A stretch of 63,597 bases of DNA, filler included, from Octopus bimaculoides (lineage: Eukaryota), in NCBI RefSeq assembly GCF_001194135.2. It is 11 parts of 11 records of this genome, joined end to end, with 100 filler letters (N's around TTAATTAATTAA, not from the genome) between each part and the next. Parts side by side here need not be neighbours in the genome. Positions count along the whole stretch, not along the records: positions 18,788 to 38,534 come from NC_068984.1; 10 more parts are not named here. One strand, written 5' to 3'. How positions within the stretch are numbered: the stretch's first letter is position 1; each line of letters starts with the position of its first letter. Shown here piece by piece: positions 24,313 to 37,237 of the stretch. A model generated the notes under the pieces. That model ran no database searches and had not been told where the DNA came from. It worked only from the letters and a program-made list of their open reading frames with translations. The translations under genes and the position numbers were made by a program.

Positions 24313-24664
24313 TTAAACTTGTCTAACATGAAGAAAGAAGAATTATATGGATGTAAACTTTATTTAGCCTTCTCATTAATAAAAAGGAAGGAGGTCAATA
24401 TATATATATTTTTTTGGTTGGTTGCCTGGTCAGTATATTATTACTCTTAGTAGGGAGATCTGGCATGAGTGCTTACAACAAAGTGGACTTCAATAAAGGT
24501 ATCCAAGGGTCAGGTTGTGATAGTGTTAATCTAGGTGATAGATTAGGCTTACTATCCAAGATTACATTTGTCACCCATTGTTTGTTTATATGTTACAGGA
24601 AGATGGGGGTTGGTGTTCTGCTAGATTGGCATTTCTACTGATTCCACATCTTTTTTTTCCAGCT

Positions 24665-24868
24665 CTCTCTTTTACTCTTTTACTTGTTTCAGTCTTTTGA
24701 CTGTGGCCATGCTGGAGCACTGTCTTTAGTCGAGCAAATCGACCCCAGGACTTATTCTTTGGAAGCCTAGTACTTATTCTATCGGTCTCTTTTGCCGAAC
24801 CACTAAGTTACGGCGACATAAACACACCAACATCGGTTGTCAAGCGATGTTGGGGGGGACAAACACAG

Positions 24869-24909
<41 letters not shown>

Positions 24910-25050
24910 CATGCGACGGGCTTCTTTCAGTTTCCGTCTGCCAAATCCACTCACAAGGCTTTGGTCAGACCGAGGCTATAGTAGAAGACACTTGCCCAAG
25001 GTGCCACACAGTGGGACTGAACCCGGAACCATGTGGTTGGTAAGCAAGCT
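24665..25050 (-). mobile_element. SINE family A, full length
   Basis: Near-identical to 6340-7045. Confidence 0.85.
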
Positions 25051-26323
25051 ACTTACCACACAGCCACTCCTTTATTTTCATCTTGTTTCTTTTTTCCCCA
25101 TCTTTTCCCAATATCTCCTGGACCTTTTTCTTGCATCTGAAGAAGGACTGTGTCTGAAATACAATACCTTTTACTTCTTTCCATTTTCCCTCGAGCATCA
25201 AGCTAACAATATTGACTGTGTATGTCTGCTGTACTTTTGCTGTAATTTTTTTTTGTATTCAATTATTAATATATTCCTGGATATGATAATAATCTCTCAT
25301 TGAGAACTTCTTTTGTGGGCAGAATTGAACTCAGTACTTCACATCATCAATTTTATAATACTGCCACTAATTCCAATGTCTGGTTGTTCCCACTTATCCT
25401 GTGCTTTTGTATTAGCATCTGGGTAAACTGGACTAGTTGAGAGTTATGTGCCTTGGCTAAATATACTACATTGTACAAGTGTTACTGTATGAACCAATAT
25501 GGTGCTGGTTTGGGAACTCATCAGGACCAGATTATCTAAGGAGGGGTGATTCAGTTCAGAGCAGAAATGCAGCAGTCAAAGGACCACATGTTGAGGTGTA
25601 GTAGGATCGTGCCTGTGAATAGTTGTCGGTTGGCAGCCTGTTTGATACAGTTGAACTCCAATCTCACTCAAGGTGATGCTCCAGCATGATTGCAGTCCAA
25701 TGATTGAAACAAGTAAAATACAAAAGATAATAGATCTCTTGAAGGAGATAACGAAGTTATAGTGAAAGGGTCTTGAATTCTAGTTCCAAAATAAGCTATA
25801 CAGGAGCAATAAGAAACATTCCTACATACATAACATCAATCAGCTTGCTTTGGAACAATGTGGTCAGCCTGGGGCTATACTAGAAGACACCCACTAACAC
25901 AGTATGGCTGAACACAAGACCACATGGATGGGAAGCAAGCTACTTAACACACAGACAAAATGCTCTAATTCTGATGAAATTTCATTTCAACATATGATTT
26001 CAGAACAAATATGATGCCATTTAGGTAGAACAATGCAGTATGGATTTCAAATTTTGGCACAAGGCCAGAAAATTTCAGGGGAGAAGTAACTCAGTTACAT
26101 TGATCCCCCCCAGTGATCAATTGGTACTTATTTTATCGACCCCTGAAAGGATGAAAAGAAAAGTCACCCTCAGCAAAATTTGAACTCAGATCACAAAGAT
26201 GGATGAAATACCACTAAGCATTTTGCTTGGCATGCTAGAGATTCTGCCAGCTCACTATCTTTGAACAATGCAATATCAATGGTAATTCTTAATTTTTTTT
26301 ATTTTGTTTGATTTTCATTATAG

Positions 26324-26486
26324 GAAATTGCCAACTGGTATCTCAGTATCTTTGGAAGAACTTGAGCGAGGAGAGATAAATTCAGAAAGGATTATTTGGA
26401 TACGGTATGGCTGTTCCTATATTGTATCTGTCTGTGTAAACAAACTTGGTCTGGATATCTGTTGGGAATTCACATCATATCCTAAG
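26324..26486 (+). CDS. FYCO1: FYCO1-like exon, start of GOLD domain
   Basis: Acceptor cattatag, donor gttagt. KLPTGISVSLEELERGEINSERIIWIRYGCSYIVSVCVNKLGLDICWEFTSYPK resembles the GOLD W-x-F-x-S-x-P-K segment of FYCO1. Confidence 0.85.
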
Positions 26487-26535
26487 GTTAGTATTAATAT
26501 ATTTATGCATACAAACATACATCTCTCAATCTCTT

Positions 26536-26612
<77 letters not shown>

Positions 26613-27639
26613 TTTCAATTCCTAGACTGGATGGTGCGTTGTGTTCTTGAGCAAAACACTTCATCTCATGTTGCTCTGTGATAACTTTGACACCTGATAT
26701 ATGGTACACCATGCAGCTGTTCAGGTAATGTTGATTTGATGGAGGGAGTGAACTAATGTACAGCACATACATTTGTTCACTATAAACAAAATCATTTGTG
26801 CAAGTTGTCTGGCAAGAAATTGCAGAACCATCTTTCCTGGACTACGAGTGACTACCATCATATTATATCATATCACATATATATATATCATCATCATCAT
26901 GATCATCATCATCACTTAATGTCCGTCTTCCATGCTGGCATGTGCTGAACAGTTTGACAGGAGTTGGTCAGGTAGAAAACTACATCAGGCTACTATAACT
27001 GTTTCGGCATGGTTTTTATGGCTAGATGCCCTTTCTAACACCAACCAACCAGTAGAGTGGGCTGAGTACTTTTTACATGGCACAAGCACAGGCGAGGTCA
27101 GTTTTAGCATGGTTTATACAGCTGGATGCTCTTCCAAATGCCAACCACTTTACAGTGTGGACTGGATGCTTTTCACGTGACACCAGTATCAGCAGGGTCA
27201 CCAAGTAACTTGAAAGACAAGGAATCTTGAGAGAGGAGGGGATCTTGTGTCAGATGATGAAAGATTAGAGTGTGAAAGAGAGGCAGAAACAGGTGTCTTG
27301 CTATGGAGAAGGTACATGGTTACCTGGCCGAGAGAGAGAGACAGACAGACAGACAGATACCTGTCTATGTACATATATACATATATATACATGTATATAC
27401 ATATGTATACATGTATGTATGTATGTATGTATGTATGTATGTATGTATGTACGTATGTGTATCTGTGTGCAATTGTTTGTGTGAGTTCATATTACATACA
27501 CCCTTACATGTTTGTGCTTTATATTGTATCTACACTGTCTGAAATAGAACTAGAAACCAAACGCCTATTTATCAATTTTTTAATGATTTAAATCATATTA
27601 AATGCTTCTTTTTTTTCTCTTTCCCTTTCCTTTTATCAG

Positions 27640-27812
27640 GATATTGCATTTGGTGTTATATTTAATTCTCAAAATCCCTGTCCCAATGAAGGTAATGAAA
27701 AAGTATTGATACCAGTCCAGAAATGCCAGTCTCATCATCAAACTATTAAAGGTCAATTGACACCTCGTGATTTGGGAATCTATCAAATTATATTCGATAA
27801 TGCTTATTCCAG
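27640..27812 (+). CDS. FYCO1: FYCO1-like exon, GOLD domain core
   Basis: Strong pyrimidine tract plus cag, donor gtaagt. DIAFGVIF...KVLIPVQKCQSHHQTIKGQLTPRDLGIYQIIFDNAYS matches recalled FYCO1 GOLD (KVLIPxxxCxSHxxxIxGQL...GIYxLIFDNxxSR). Missed by the ORF track. Confidence 0.92.
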
Positions 27813-27931
27813 GTAAGTAAAAGTGTGAAAAAAAAAAAAAATTCAATAAAATCTGGATTGAATTTTGATTAATTTCAGAAATGGGTTGTGCACTCACTTT
27901 TTCAAGAAACTATCATATTCTCATGTAGTTT

Positions 27932-27974
<43 letters not shown>

Positions 27975-28526
27975 CCATCATCACTTAACACTTGTTTTCC
28001 ATGCTACCATGGGTCGGATGGTTTGACAGGATCCGACAAGCCACAGGACTACATCCAACTCCAATGTCAGCTTTGGCATGGTTTCAATGGTTGGATTGCC
28101 CTTCCTAATGTCAGTCACTTTGTGGAGTGTACTGGGTGTGTTTTTTTTTGTGGCACCAGCACTAGTGAGGCTGCCAAGTCACTTGCAACACAAGGTAAAA
28201 TAAAAGAAAAAGTGACCTTGACTTAGTGGAAAGGTGTATTTGAGAAAGGATAAGGTGACTGTATGTTTGGTGTTGAGAAGCTGAAGTATAATAAAGGACA
28301 ATGTACAGGTCTTGCTATAGAGGAGATTATACAGCTAACCCGCATTATGTAAGGATCAGTGGGAGTAGTTGGGAAGAAGATAAAAATGGTTGTGACAAGG
28401 TACCAGAGTGAATGCCCAAGGTGATTATAATAGAATACAGACAGTGGATTAGAGGGGGAAGAAGAGGGTGAATGATTTCAAAATGGTGCGAGAGGAAAGT
28501 AACAGAGTGTGAGATATATATATAAT

Positions 28527-28916
28527 GTTGTTGTTGGCACTCTGTCGCTTACGACGACGAGGGTTCCAGTTGATCCGATCAACGGAACACCCTGCTCGTG
28601 AAATTAACGTGCAAGTGGCTGAGCACTCCACACACACACACGTGTACCTTTAACGTAGTTCTCGGGGATATTCAGCGTGACACAGAGTGACAAGGCTGGC
28701 CCTTTGAATTACAGGCACAACAGAAACAGGAAGTAAGAGTGAGAGAAAGTTGTGGTGAAAGAGTACAGCAGGGTTCGCTACCATCCCCTGCCGGAGCCTC
28801 GTGGAGCATTAGGTGTTTTCGCTCAATAAACACTCACAATGCCCGGTCTGGGAATCGAAACCGCGATCCTATGACCACGAGTCTGCTACCCTAACCACTG
28901 GGCCATTGCGCCTCCA
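28527..28916 (-). mobile_element. tRNA-derived SINE family C, full length
   Basis: Head GGAGGCGCAATGGCCCAGTGGTTAGG, B-box GGTTTCGATTCCC, (CAA)n tail. An internally deleted copy lies at about 34090-34225 (+). Confidence 0.8.
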
Positions 28917-29629
28917 CATATATATACTATATATGTATGGAGAGGGAGGGAGAGAAAGAGAAAGAGTACCTATTGCAATAGAATCTTAAAGCAGCAGAAG
29001 TTTTTTTTATATGAATATACCATCTAGGTTTTATCATTGTTGTTACTGTTACAGCCACTGTTGCTGCTGTTGTTAATTTGCATCATTTTAAGTCTGATTT
29101 CCTTGTTGGATGGGTTGTCACAGTTAGACAGTTCTTACTTGGAATTTGCTGCCCATTTAGGTGAGTCATAGGTCTATGCCATTTTTGGTTTGGTTTCTAT
29201 GGCTAAATGCCCTTCCTTTCATCAACTACTTTATGGAGTATGCAAGGTGCATTTTATGGTGCCAACACTAGAGAGGTGGTCATGTCCTCGACAAGTTTAA
29301 AAAGACTTCTCAACCTCACTTTTTCTCCACTCTCTTACCATCCACACTGAAATGGTTGGGTGCATTTTGTCATGGTACCAGTTTTAATATCTAGAGTTTT
29401 AATTAAAAAAAAAAAACTAAATCAAAAAATTAAAAAAAAAAAAACTAGTTTGTATGGTGTGGAAAGAGACAAACAATATTAGTCAATGGTGAATGTGATT
29501 TTCATTTTACCAACATGGGAGACAATTTTGGACATGTTTTGGTTTATTCTGAAATTGCTGGCCTTGTGCCAAAATTTGAAATCAGTATTTTATTCAGCTA
29601 ATCAAATATTCTTCATCTTTTCTTTACAG

Positions 29630-29690
29630 ACTGACTTCAAAGAAAGTAACCTATTCACTCCATGTTCGTAAAATTGGGGACACCTCGTGA
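29630..29690 (+). CDS. FYCO1: FYCO1-like terminal coding exon
   Basis: Acceptor tctttacag. (R)LTSKKVTYSLHVRKIGDTS* matches the GOLD terminal strand SKKVxYxLxV. Phase 2 in. Confidence 0.88.
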
Positions 29691-31854
29691 CAATGAAGAT
29701 GATTCTTGTCAATTTTTGAAGTATGATATATTCTTGACTGCTGCATTACATTCACATTGTTGTGTAAATATCGCTGATTAACTTCCATGAAATTTGAGTG
29801 CATTCATTTTCTTTTTTTTTTTAACTGGTATTAATGCACATTTTTACCAAATTCTTCCTTCTGATGGTGATTTGTGTACTGTTCTAAGACATAATTCAGT
29901 GTTTCTGAAATTCTTTACGGAACTATTCATTTTCACTTTTTTCGCATACAAGATGAGGATTTTATTGTTCACTATCGCTACATTATCATTTTCCTATTGT
30001 TTACTAAAGATAATGAAATGTAAAGGAAATTTATTATGGAAATTAAATTGCTTAAAAGATTTTTATATTAATCAAGATTATTTGAAGATTTGTTAATGAA
30101 CAGTATTGACAGAAAAATAACTTCCTGCTGAATGACATTGCTTGAAGGTTTTTCTACAGACAACTTTGATTACAAATTTGTTGATAAATAACAAAGGTAA
30201 ATGATATTTAAAAGAGTTGAAATGTGTTTGTGAGCAATATTTATATCCTTTGATCTTGTTACTAAACAAAACTAACTTAAGAATTGTCTGACATCATCTT
30301 TGAATGTTTTGTCAATGAACCAAATCAGCCAAAACCATTATCTTAAGATTTGTTGTTATATAACACTAACCAGAGGTCTCTGGTGAATGATATTAAATTC
30401 ATTGAAATTCATTTCTTGGGTTTTAATTATTTTATCAAAGAATCTCAAAAAGTTAACATGAAACTTTCTGAGCTGTTTCATTATCCCTTTCTTGTTGTAA
30501 CTGCTTTTTTTTTTTATATATTTAGTTAATATCCTCCTCCTCCTCCTCCTCATCATCATCATCGCCACCACCACCACCATCATCATCACTTAACATCCAT
30601 CTACCATGCTGAACATCTGATTTCAATTGTTTGTTTGCCATTAGAGAACACCTCCTCTCATTGTATGATGTGTATTCATAACACACATGATCCACTGGTT
30701 CACCCATGTAAGGAGACTTTGAGATATTGCATCACTTGACCCTATTGTGTGTTTCCTCAGCTGAAGATACCCCACTAGACTTACAACTCTCACAAGAGCT
30801 TGAGCTCTTATTTATAAGAATCAACAAGCAAATTATTTGCTGATGTTTGCAGATGTCTGTCAAACCGATAAGAATTCATGTGATGCATGCAGAACTGAGA
30901 GAATCTAAACAATAACATATCATAATAACAAATATGTATATCTGATCATTATTGTTTTATGCCACCTACAAAACATAACCTAAAGGAAGGAGGTGTTCTC
31001 CAGGGGCAAAAAAAAACAACAGTGGTCAGATTTTCATGTTTGAATCTGTCCGGACATATTAAGAATGAATAGATGTGTTATTGTATATTACTGTCACTCT
31101 GTATAGTTACTGTTACTCTGTACTGCCAGTTTCTTTGTTTTCTTGCCAGCAAAGAGGTCCCATGATTTTTTTCTGTAACCATTTTTCTTTCCATGATCCA
31201 CATATTTTGTCATATTTCAGTGTTGTAGCTTCATTCACTGCTATTATGAATCACTGACTACACTCCAGTGTCTCCAGAATATCTTGAATTTGGAAGTCTT
31301 TTGAATAACACTCAGTTGAAAATTTCTCATTAGGCCAAGACGAATTGTCATGGGTAACGCCTGGGAGAAATTTTGAAAGGATATAGAATAAATAGAAGAG
31401 AAAAAATAGTAGGAGAGAAAAAAATTGTTGAAGAGAAAAAAATATCGAGAGGCGAGAGAAATAACGTCCAACTGGCTAGACGTCTCATCCAAAAAAGACA
31501 GAGGGGCGGGAAAAAGGGCCTGTAGTCAAGTGTGATCAACAAGCAGAGTGGGAAAGGGGACAAGAGAAAGGAGAAGAGAAAGAAACGAAGGGAGAAGCAA
31601 AGAAAGATAGACAGGTGACAGCAAAGAAGGAGGGGAGGAAAAAAGAAATAAAAAGGATTATCGAGGGATAGAGAGAAACAAAGAAAATAGGCAGAGAACA
31701 GAGTGTAGAGTCACAGAAATTATATATAAATGTATAAACTTACTGTTGACAAAGGGTGAGTGGTGTTCAATTATAGATACATACACATTAAGTACAGGAC
31801 ATCATCAGCAAGTGAAAATACGTAAACACACGAGAGATAAGTAAGGGACAAATA

Positions 31855-31893
<39 letters not shown>

Positions 31894-31974
31894 TACACAT
31901 TAAGTACAGGATATCACCAACGAGTGAAAAATACGGAAACACACAGAAATACGTACAGGATAAAATACCAAATG

Positions 31975-32437
31975 TTGGGTCATCCCATAAATAATGCAGT
32001 TTTTTCGATTGCATGAACTAAAAGTCGGTGGGAGACGGAATAAACTACCTGCATCAACTTGCTATAAAATTTTACCCTTTTTTTGGTAGTAATTTTACCA
32101 TTTTTTTTTCTTATTCTTACTGCAAGTTTTGAAGAGTGCAGCTCGATTTTAAGTTATTTTTACAAAACTATAATGGGAATGACAAAGGAGCATATTCGGC
32201 ATATTTTACTTTATGATTTCAAGAAAGGCAATAACGCAACGCAAAGTGCGAGGAATATTAATGCAGTATATGGGGATCGGACAATAAGCATAAGTCAGTG
32301 TGAAGGGTGGTTCCAAAAATTCCGAGCCGGAAACTACAGCCTAGAAGACGAGCCTCGTCCTGGAAGACCTGTAGAGATCGATGAGGACGTCCTCCAAACC
32401 CCGGTGGAACAAAATCCCATCATAACTGTTGAGAATA
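31975..32437 (+). mobile_element. 3'-truncated mariner element (left TIR plus transposase HTH)
   Basis: TIR-like TTGGGTCATCCCATAAATAATGC. MTKEHIRHILLYDFKKGNNATQSARNINAVYG...WFQKFRAGNYSLEDEPRPGRP is a mariner HTH. Confidence 0.85.
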
Positions 32438-32823
32438 ACGTTAGTGCCAGGGATCATGTACGTATGGGAATATTTGTGTAAACATATATGTATTATGTAC
32501 GCATGTGTGAGGGGGTAGATATGTATATATATGTATATTTCCCTCTCACGTGTGGTGGCAGTGACTGTTGACGTACATCTGGACACACATATGTACTCAT
32601 CTATATATGCTTTTGTATCCATAGATATCTACGTATGGTTGTGTACACAGGCACAGGCATGTATATTGGAGTGTTTAAAACTATTTTTATATGGTCTTAT
32701 ATACTGTTTGTAGGCTTTTTATTTGCCTTATATTTTTATATTTTCATTTTTCATTTATTTTTATTTTTACTTTATTCTTATTTTTATTTTTATTTTTTAT
32801 TTTATATTTGTATTGAATTTTGT

Positions 32824-32957
32824 GAATCTCTGAAGAGGCCTAGTGAATCATGCATGTACCCCCATTACATCATTTTCATCTGCTAATTACTCCGGCACAC
32901 AGGAGTTATAGAGATAGAGGGGCATGCCAACGCTAGGCCGAAACAGCTGTAAGTTTC
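32824..32957 (+). ncRNA. Type I hammerhead ribozyme with long structured stem II insert
   Basis: CTGAAGA 32830-32836; GGCCTAG/CTAGGCC stem II (32837-43/32933-39); GAAA 32940-43; palindrome ACAGCTGT; GUA triplet; stem I GAATCT/AGTTTC (5 of 6 pairs). Confidence 0.8.
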
Positions 32958-33286
32958 TGTATATTCGCCAATTGCTAAAAGTATTTTATATTTGTAACCT
33001 TAATTGTTAATATGACATGGTATGTCATAAGCATCTGTATATTGTGGTTTTTGTCATTTTAGTTGCAAAATAAACAAATTAATTCAATGGAATACACTGT
33101 CTGCATATGGATACCGCATATTCTCCTCCATTTTCTTATTGCTATATAAATTTAAAGTAAAATAACCCCCTTTTACCCGCATCTACTTATTACACTAGTG
33201 TAACAATAATTGGGTAACCTCCCAGCAGTATATTGGATAGATACTATCCCTTAGTGGGTTGAATCCTCAACCCCTAACTCTCTTGC

Positions 33287-33321
<35 letters not shown>

Positions 33322-35039
33322 NNNNNNNNNNNNNNNNNNNNNNNNNNNNNNNNNNNNNNNNNNNNNNNNNNNNNNNNNNNNNNNNNNNNNNNNNNNNNNN
33401 NNNNNNNNNNNNNNNNNNNNNNNNNNNNNNNNNNNNNNNNNNNNNNNNNNNNNNNNNNNNNNNNNNNNNNNNNNNNNNNNNNNNNNNNNNNNNNNNNNNN
33501 NNNNNNNNNNNNNNNNNNNNNNNNNNNNNNNNNNNNNNNNNNNNNNNNNNNNNNNNNNNNNNNNNNNNNNNNNNNNNNNNNNNNNNNNNNNNNNNNNNNN
33601 NNNNNNNNNNNNNNNNNNNNNNNNNNNNNNNNNNNNNNNNNNNNNNNNNNNNNNNNNNNNNNNNNNNNNNNNNNNNNNNNNNNNNNNNNNNNNNNNNNNN
33701 NNNNNNNNNNNNNNNNNNNNNNNNNNNNNNNNNNNNNNNNNNNNNNNNNNNNNNNNNNNNNNNNNNNNNNNNNNNNNNNNNNNNNNNNNNNNNNNNNNNN
33801 NNNNNNNNNNNNNNNNNNNNNNNNNNNNNNNNNNNNNNNNNNNNNNNNNNNNNNNNNNNNNNNNNNNNNNNNNNNNNNNNNNNNNNNNNNNNNNNNNNNN
33901 NNNNNNNNNNNNNNNNNNNNNNNNNNNNNNNNNNNNNNNNNNNNNNNNNNNNNNNNNNNNNNNNNNNNNNNNNNNNNNTGTGTGTGTATGAATTACGGCG
34001 AATGTCTTTCCGTTGTACTATCCCCCCCCCCTTTCCACTCTTGTTTTCGACTTCCTTCTTTACCGTTTCTCTTTTCTTTATTATCTCGCGTGGAGGTGCA
34101 ATGGCTCAGTGGTTAGGGCAGCGGACTCGCGATCATATAAGAGACACGTTAATTTCCCGAGCAGGCTGTTCCGTTGATCGGTTGAACTGGAACCCTCGTC
34201 GTCGTAAGCGACGGAGTGCTACGATTCTCTCGCACTGCCTTCTACTATCCTTTTTCCCTTTCTTTTATCGATCTTGTTTCACTCTCTACCGTTCGCCTTC
34301 AAAGACGTCACACGTACTCGTTCTCTTTCTTTTTATGCTTACATTAGTATAAACTTGGAAATAGATAAACCTGTACCGAAAAACACATCAAATTCTCTAC
34401 TGTTATTTATAAAGATACATGAAATTAAATTTTTGGATGATTAATCTAGTATTATACGTAGAGAAGAAAAATGTCTTACTGTGTTATAGATGCAAACAAA
34501 AAAGATGCACATCTATTTTTCTTCTAACATTGCAGATTGTTTATTCAATATCATTTTCCATAATACGTGTATTAATTCAACATACATCTACAGATGCAAT
34601 ACTTGGATACATCGTCAGTGTTGTATCTTGGGATTACTGGTTGTTTCGGGTCTTACAAAATATACCTTCATTCAGGCAATCTTATTTCTTTATTGCTCAC
34701 AAAGAGCTAAACATAGAGTGTACAAACAAGGACAGACAAAGGGATTAAGTCGATTACATCGACCCCAGCGCGTAACTAGTTCTTAATTTATCGACCTCCT
34801 CGAAAGGATGAAAGGCAAAGTCGACCTCGGTGGAATTTGAATTCAGAACGTAACGGCAGACAAAATTACGCTAAGCATTTCACCCGATATGCTAACGTTT
34901 CTGCCGGCTCCCCGCTTTTTTTTTTCTCACACAAATGCCTCAAAAGACAGCAATGTAAAAAAGTTGTCAGAACTTCGAAAGCACAAAAACTGCACCGCGG
35001 AGAGAACAACTGATCTTCAGAATCGCGAATGTCATCAAG

Positions 35040-35275
35040 ATTCAGGCAATCTTACCTAGGTTGGTCCAGCCTAGGTTTGAGACTAGGCAGAATTTTTTCT
35101 GACTTCATCGTTCACAACCACCTCTTTTCAACTAGAATTATCTACACGCTTTCTCAACTGACTCTTTGTTGTTCTTGAGGGCTCTTCTGTTCATTGCAGT
35201 AATGCCCAGCTTCGGCTTGGTTACCTTCGCCCGACTGTATAGACATTCACCCCGACCCCAACACGCATGTCATAA
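35040..35275 (-). mobile_element. HERO-like (RLE-type) non-LTR retrotransposon 3' end
   Basis: Allowing one frameshift: VGCRG...KLGITAMNRRALKNNKESVEKACR*F*LKR versus recalled HERO EVGCRG...LGI.G..RRAIK....AEKASRWLWLKR. Two Trp codons appear decayed to stops. Confidence 0.55.
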
Positions 35276-35785
35276 ATTTATATTTATTGTGAAATACTTT
35301 TAGTTTTGAAATTAAGTCTATCTACTTAGGCTGAAGTTTTCATTTTGGAAAGGAGCGGCAAATTCCAGAACGTATTTAAAATTAATTTTCACTGAATATT
35401 ACGAAACGAAACATAATAAATTACAGAATAATTATTAATTTCTGGGCATAAATGATATTTTATTGTCCCAAATTGCTTTCTTTTGGTGAGGATGTGGTTC
35501 TTTATTAGAAATATTACAGCTAATTTTAAAGACACTTATGTCCCATAACTGAAACTATTTTTTAAAAACTTTCTTTTATTGAGAATATCACTAATGAATT
35601 TAATGGTTCACGTTTTAAACTTTGAACAATCATTCAACGCTTTCAAGGTAAAAGTAATTTATGGAATGGAATTCTTACGTGTTACAAATACCTCCGTCAA
35701 ATAAAATAATTTAGTTTGTGTGTGACTGTGTGTGTTTGTTGTGTATATAGATACATATGTATTTATATATACATATATGACTCAC

Positions 35786-35856
<71 letters not shown>

Positions 35857-36029
35857 ATGTGATATGTATATATATGATGTGTATATGTATATAAGTATTC
35901 ATGTTTACACACACACAAACACACACTAATGTGTGTGTTTGTGTCGGTGAGGAATTCAGGATTACGATTGCAGGGTGGGATGGGGAGGTGCAAAATAGAG
36001 ATAAAATGCATTTAGTGGGATAATTGCCA

Positions 36030-36094
<65 letters not shown>

Positions 36095-36176
36095 GTCTGT
36101 CTATCTATTTGTCTGTCTGTCTGTCTATCTATTTATCTGTCTGTCTGTCTATCTATCTATCCTGCTCTTTCTCCCT

Positions 36177-36226
<50 letters not shown>

Positions 36227-37192
36227 TATGTAGATTTATATTTAAGTATTGTTTTGCGTGTTTATACACGCAAACACATAAGCAGTTATGCAAATGAGTC
36301 ATTAAATTCATCAGCGCTGTTGTCAATAAAAGAAGATAAATAAATAGTTTCAATTACGAAACATAAGTGTCATTAAAATTAGCAGCAATATTCTTAATAA
36401 AACTCCTCTTCCTCCACAAAAATAGGAAAACAATTAGAGACTACAAAATGTCATTTANNNNNNNNNNNNNNNNNNNNNNNNNNNNNNNNNNNNNNNNNNN
36501 NNNNNNNNNNNNNNNNNNNNNNNNNNNNNNNNNNNNNNNNNNNNNNNNNNNNNNNNNNNNNNNNNNNNNNNNNNNNNNNNNNNNNNNNNNNNNNNNNNNN
36601 NNNNNNNNNNNNNNNNNNNNNNNNNNNNNNNNNNNNNNNNNNNNNNNNNNNNNNNNNNNNNNNNNNNNNNNNNNNNNNNNNNNNNNNNNNNNNNNNNNNN
36701 NNNNNNNNNNNNNNNNNNNNNNNNNNNNNNNNNNNNNNNNNNNNNNNNNNNNNNNNNNNNNNNNNNNNNNNNNNNNNNNNNNNNNNNNNNNNNNNNNNNN
36801 NNNNNNNNNNNNNNNNNNNNNNNNNNNNNNNNNNNNNNNNNNNNNNNNNNNNNNNNNNNNNNNNNNNNNNNNNNNNNNNNNNNNNNNNNNNNNNNNNNNN
36901 NNNNNNNNNNNNNNNNNNNNNNNNNNNNNNNNNNNNNNNNNNNNNNNNNNNNNNNNNNNNNNNNNNNNNNNNNNNNNNNNNNNNNNNNNNNNNNNNNNNN
37001 NNNNNNNNNNNNNNNNNNNNNNNNNNNNNNNNNNNNNNNNNNNNNNNNNNNNNNNNNNNNNNNNNNNNNNNNNNNNNNNNNNNNNNNNNNNNNNNNNNNN
37101 NNNNNNNNNNNNNNNNNNNNNNNNNNNNNNNNNNNNNNNNNNNNNNNNNNNNNNNNNNNNNNNNNNNNNNNNNNNNNNNNNNNNNNNNNNNN

Positions 37193-37235
<43 letters not shown>

Positions 37236-37237
37236 TA

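Noticed and set aside
25137-25167. CTGAAGA-A-GGAC/GTCT-GAAA motif
   Set aside because: Core and stem II fit, but there is no stem I pairing. Could be a decayed HHR or chance.
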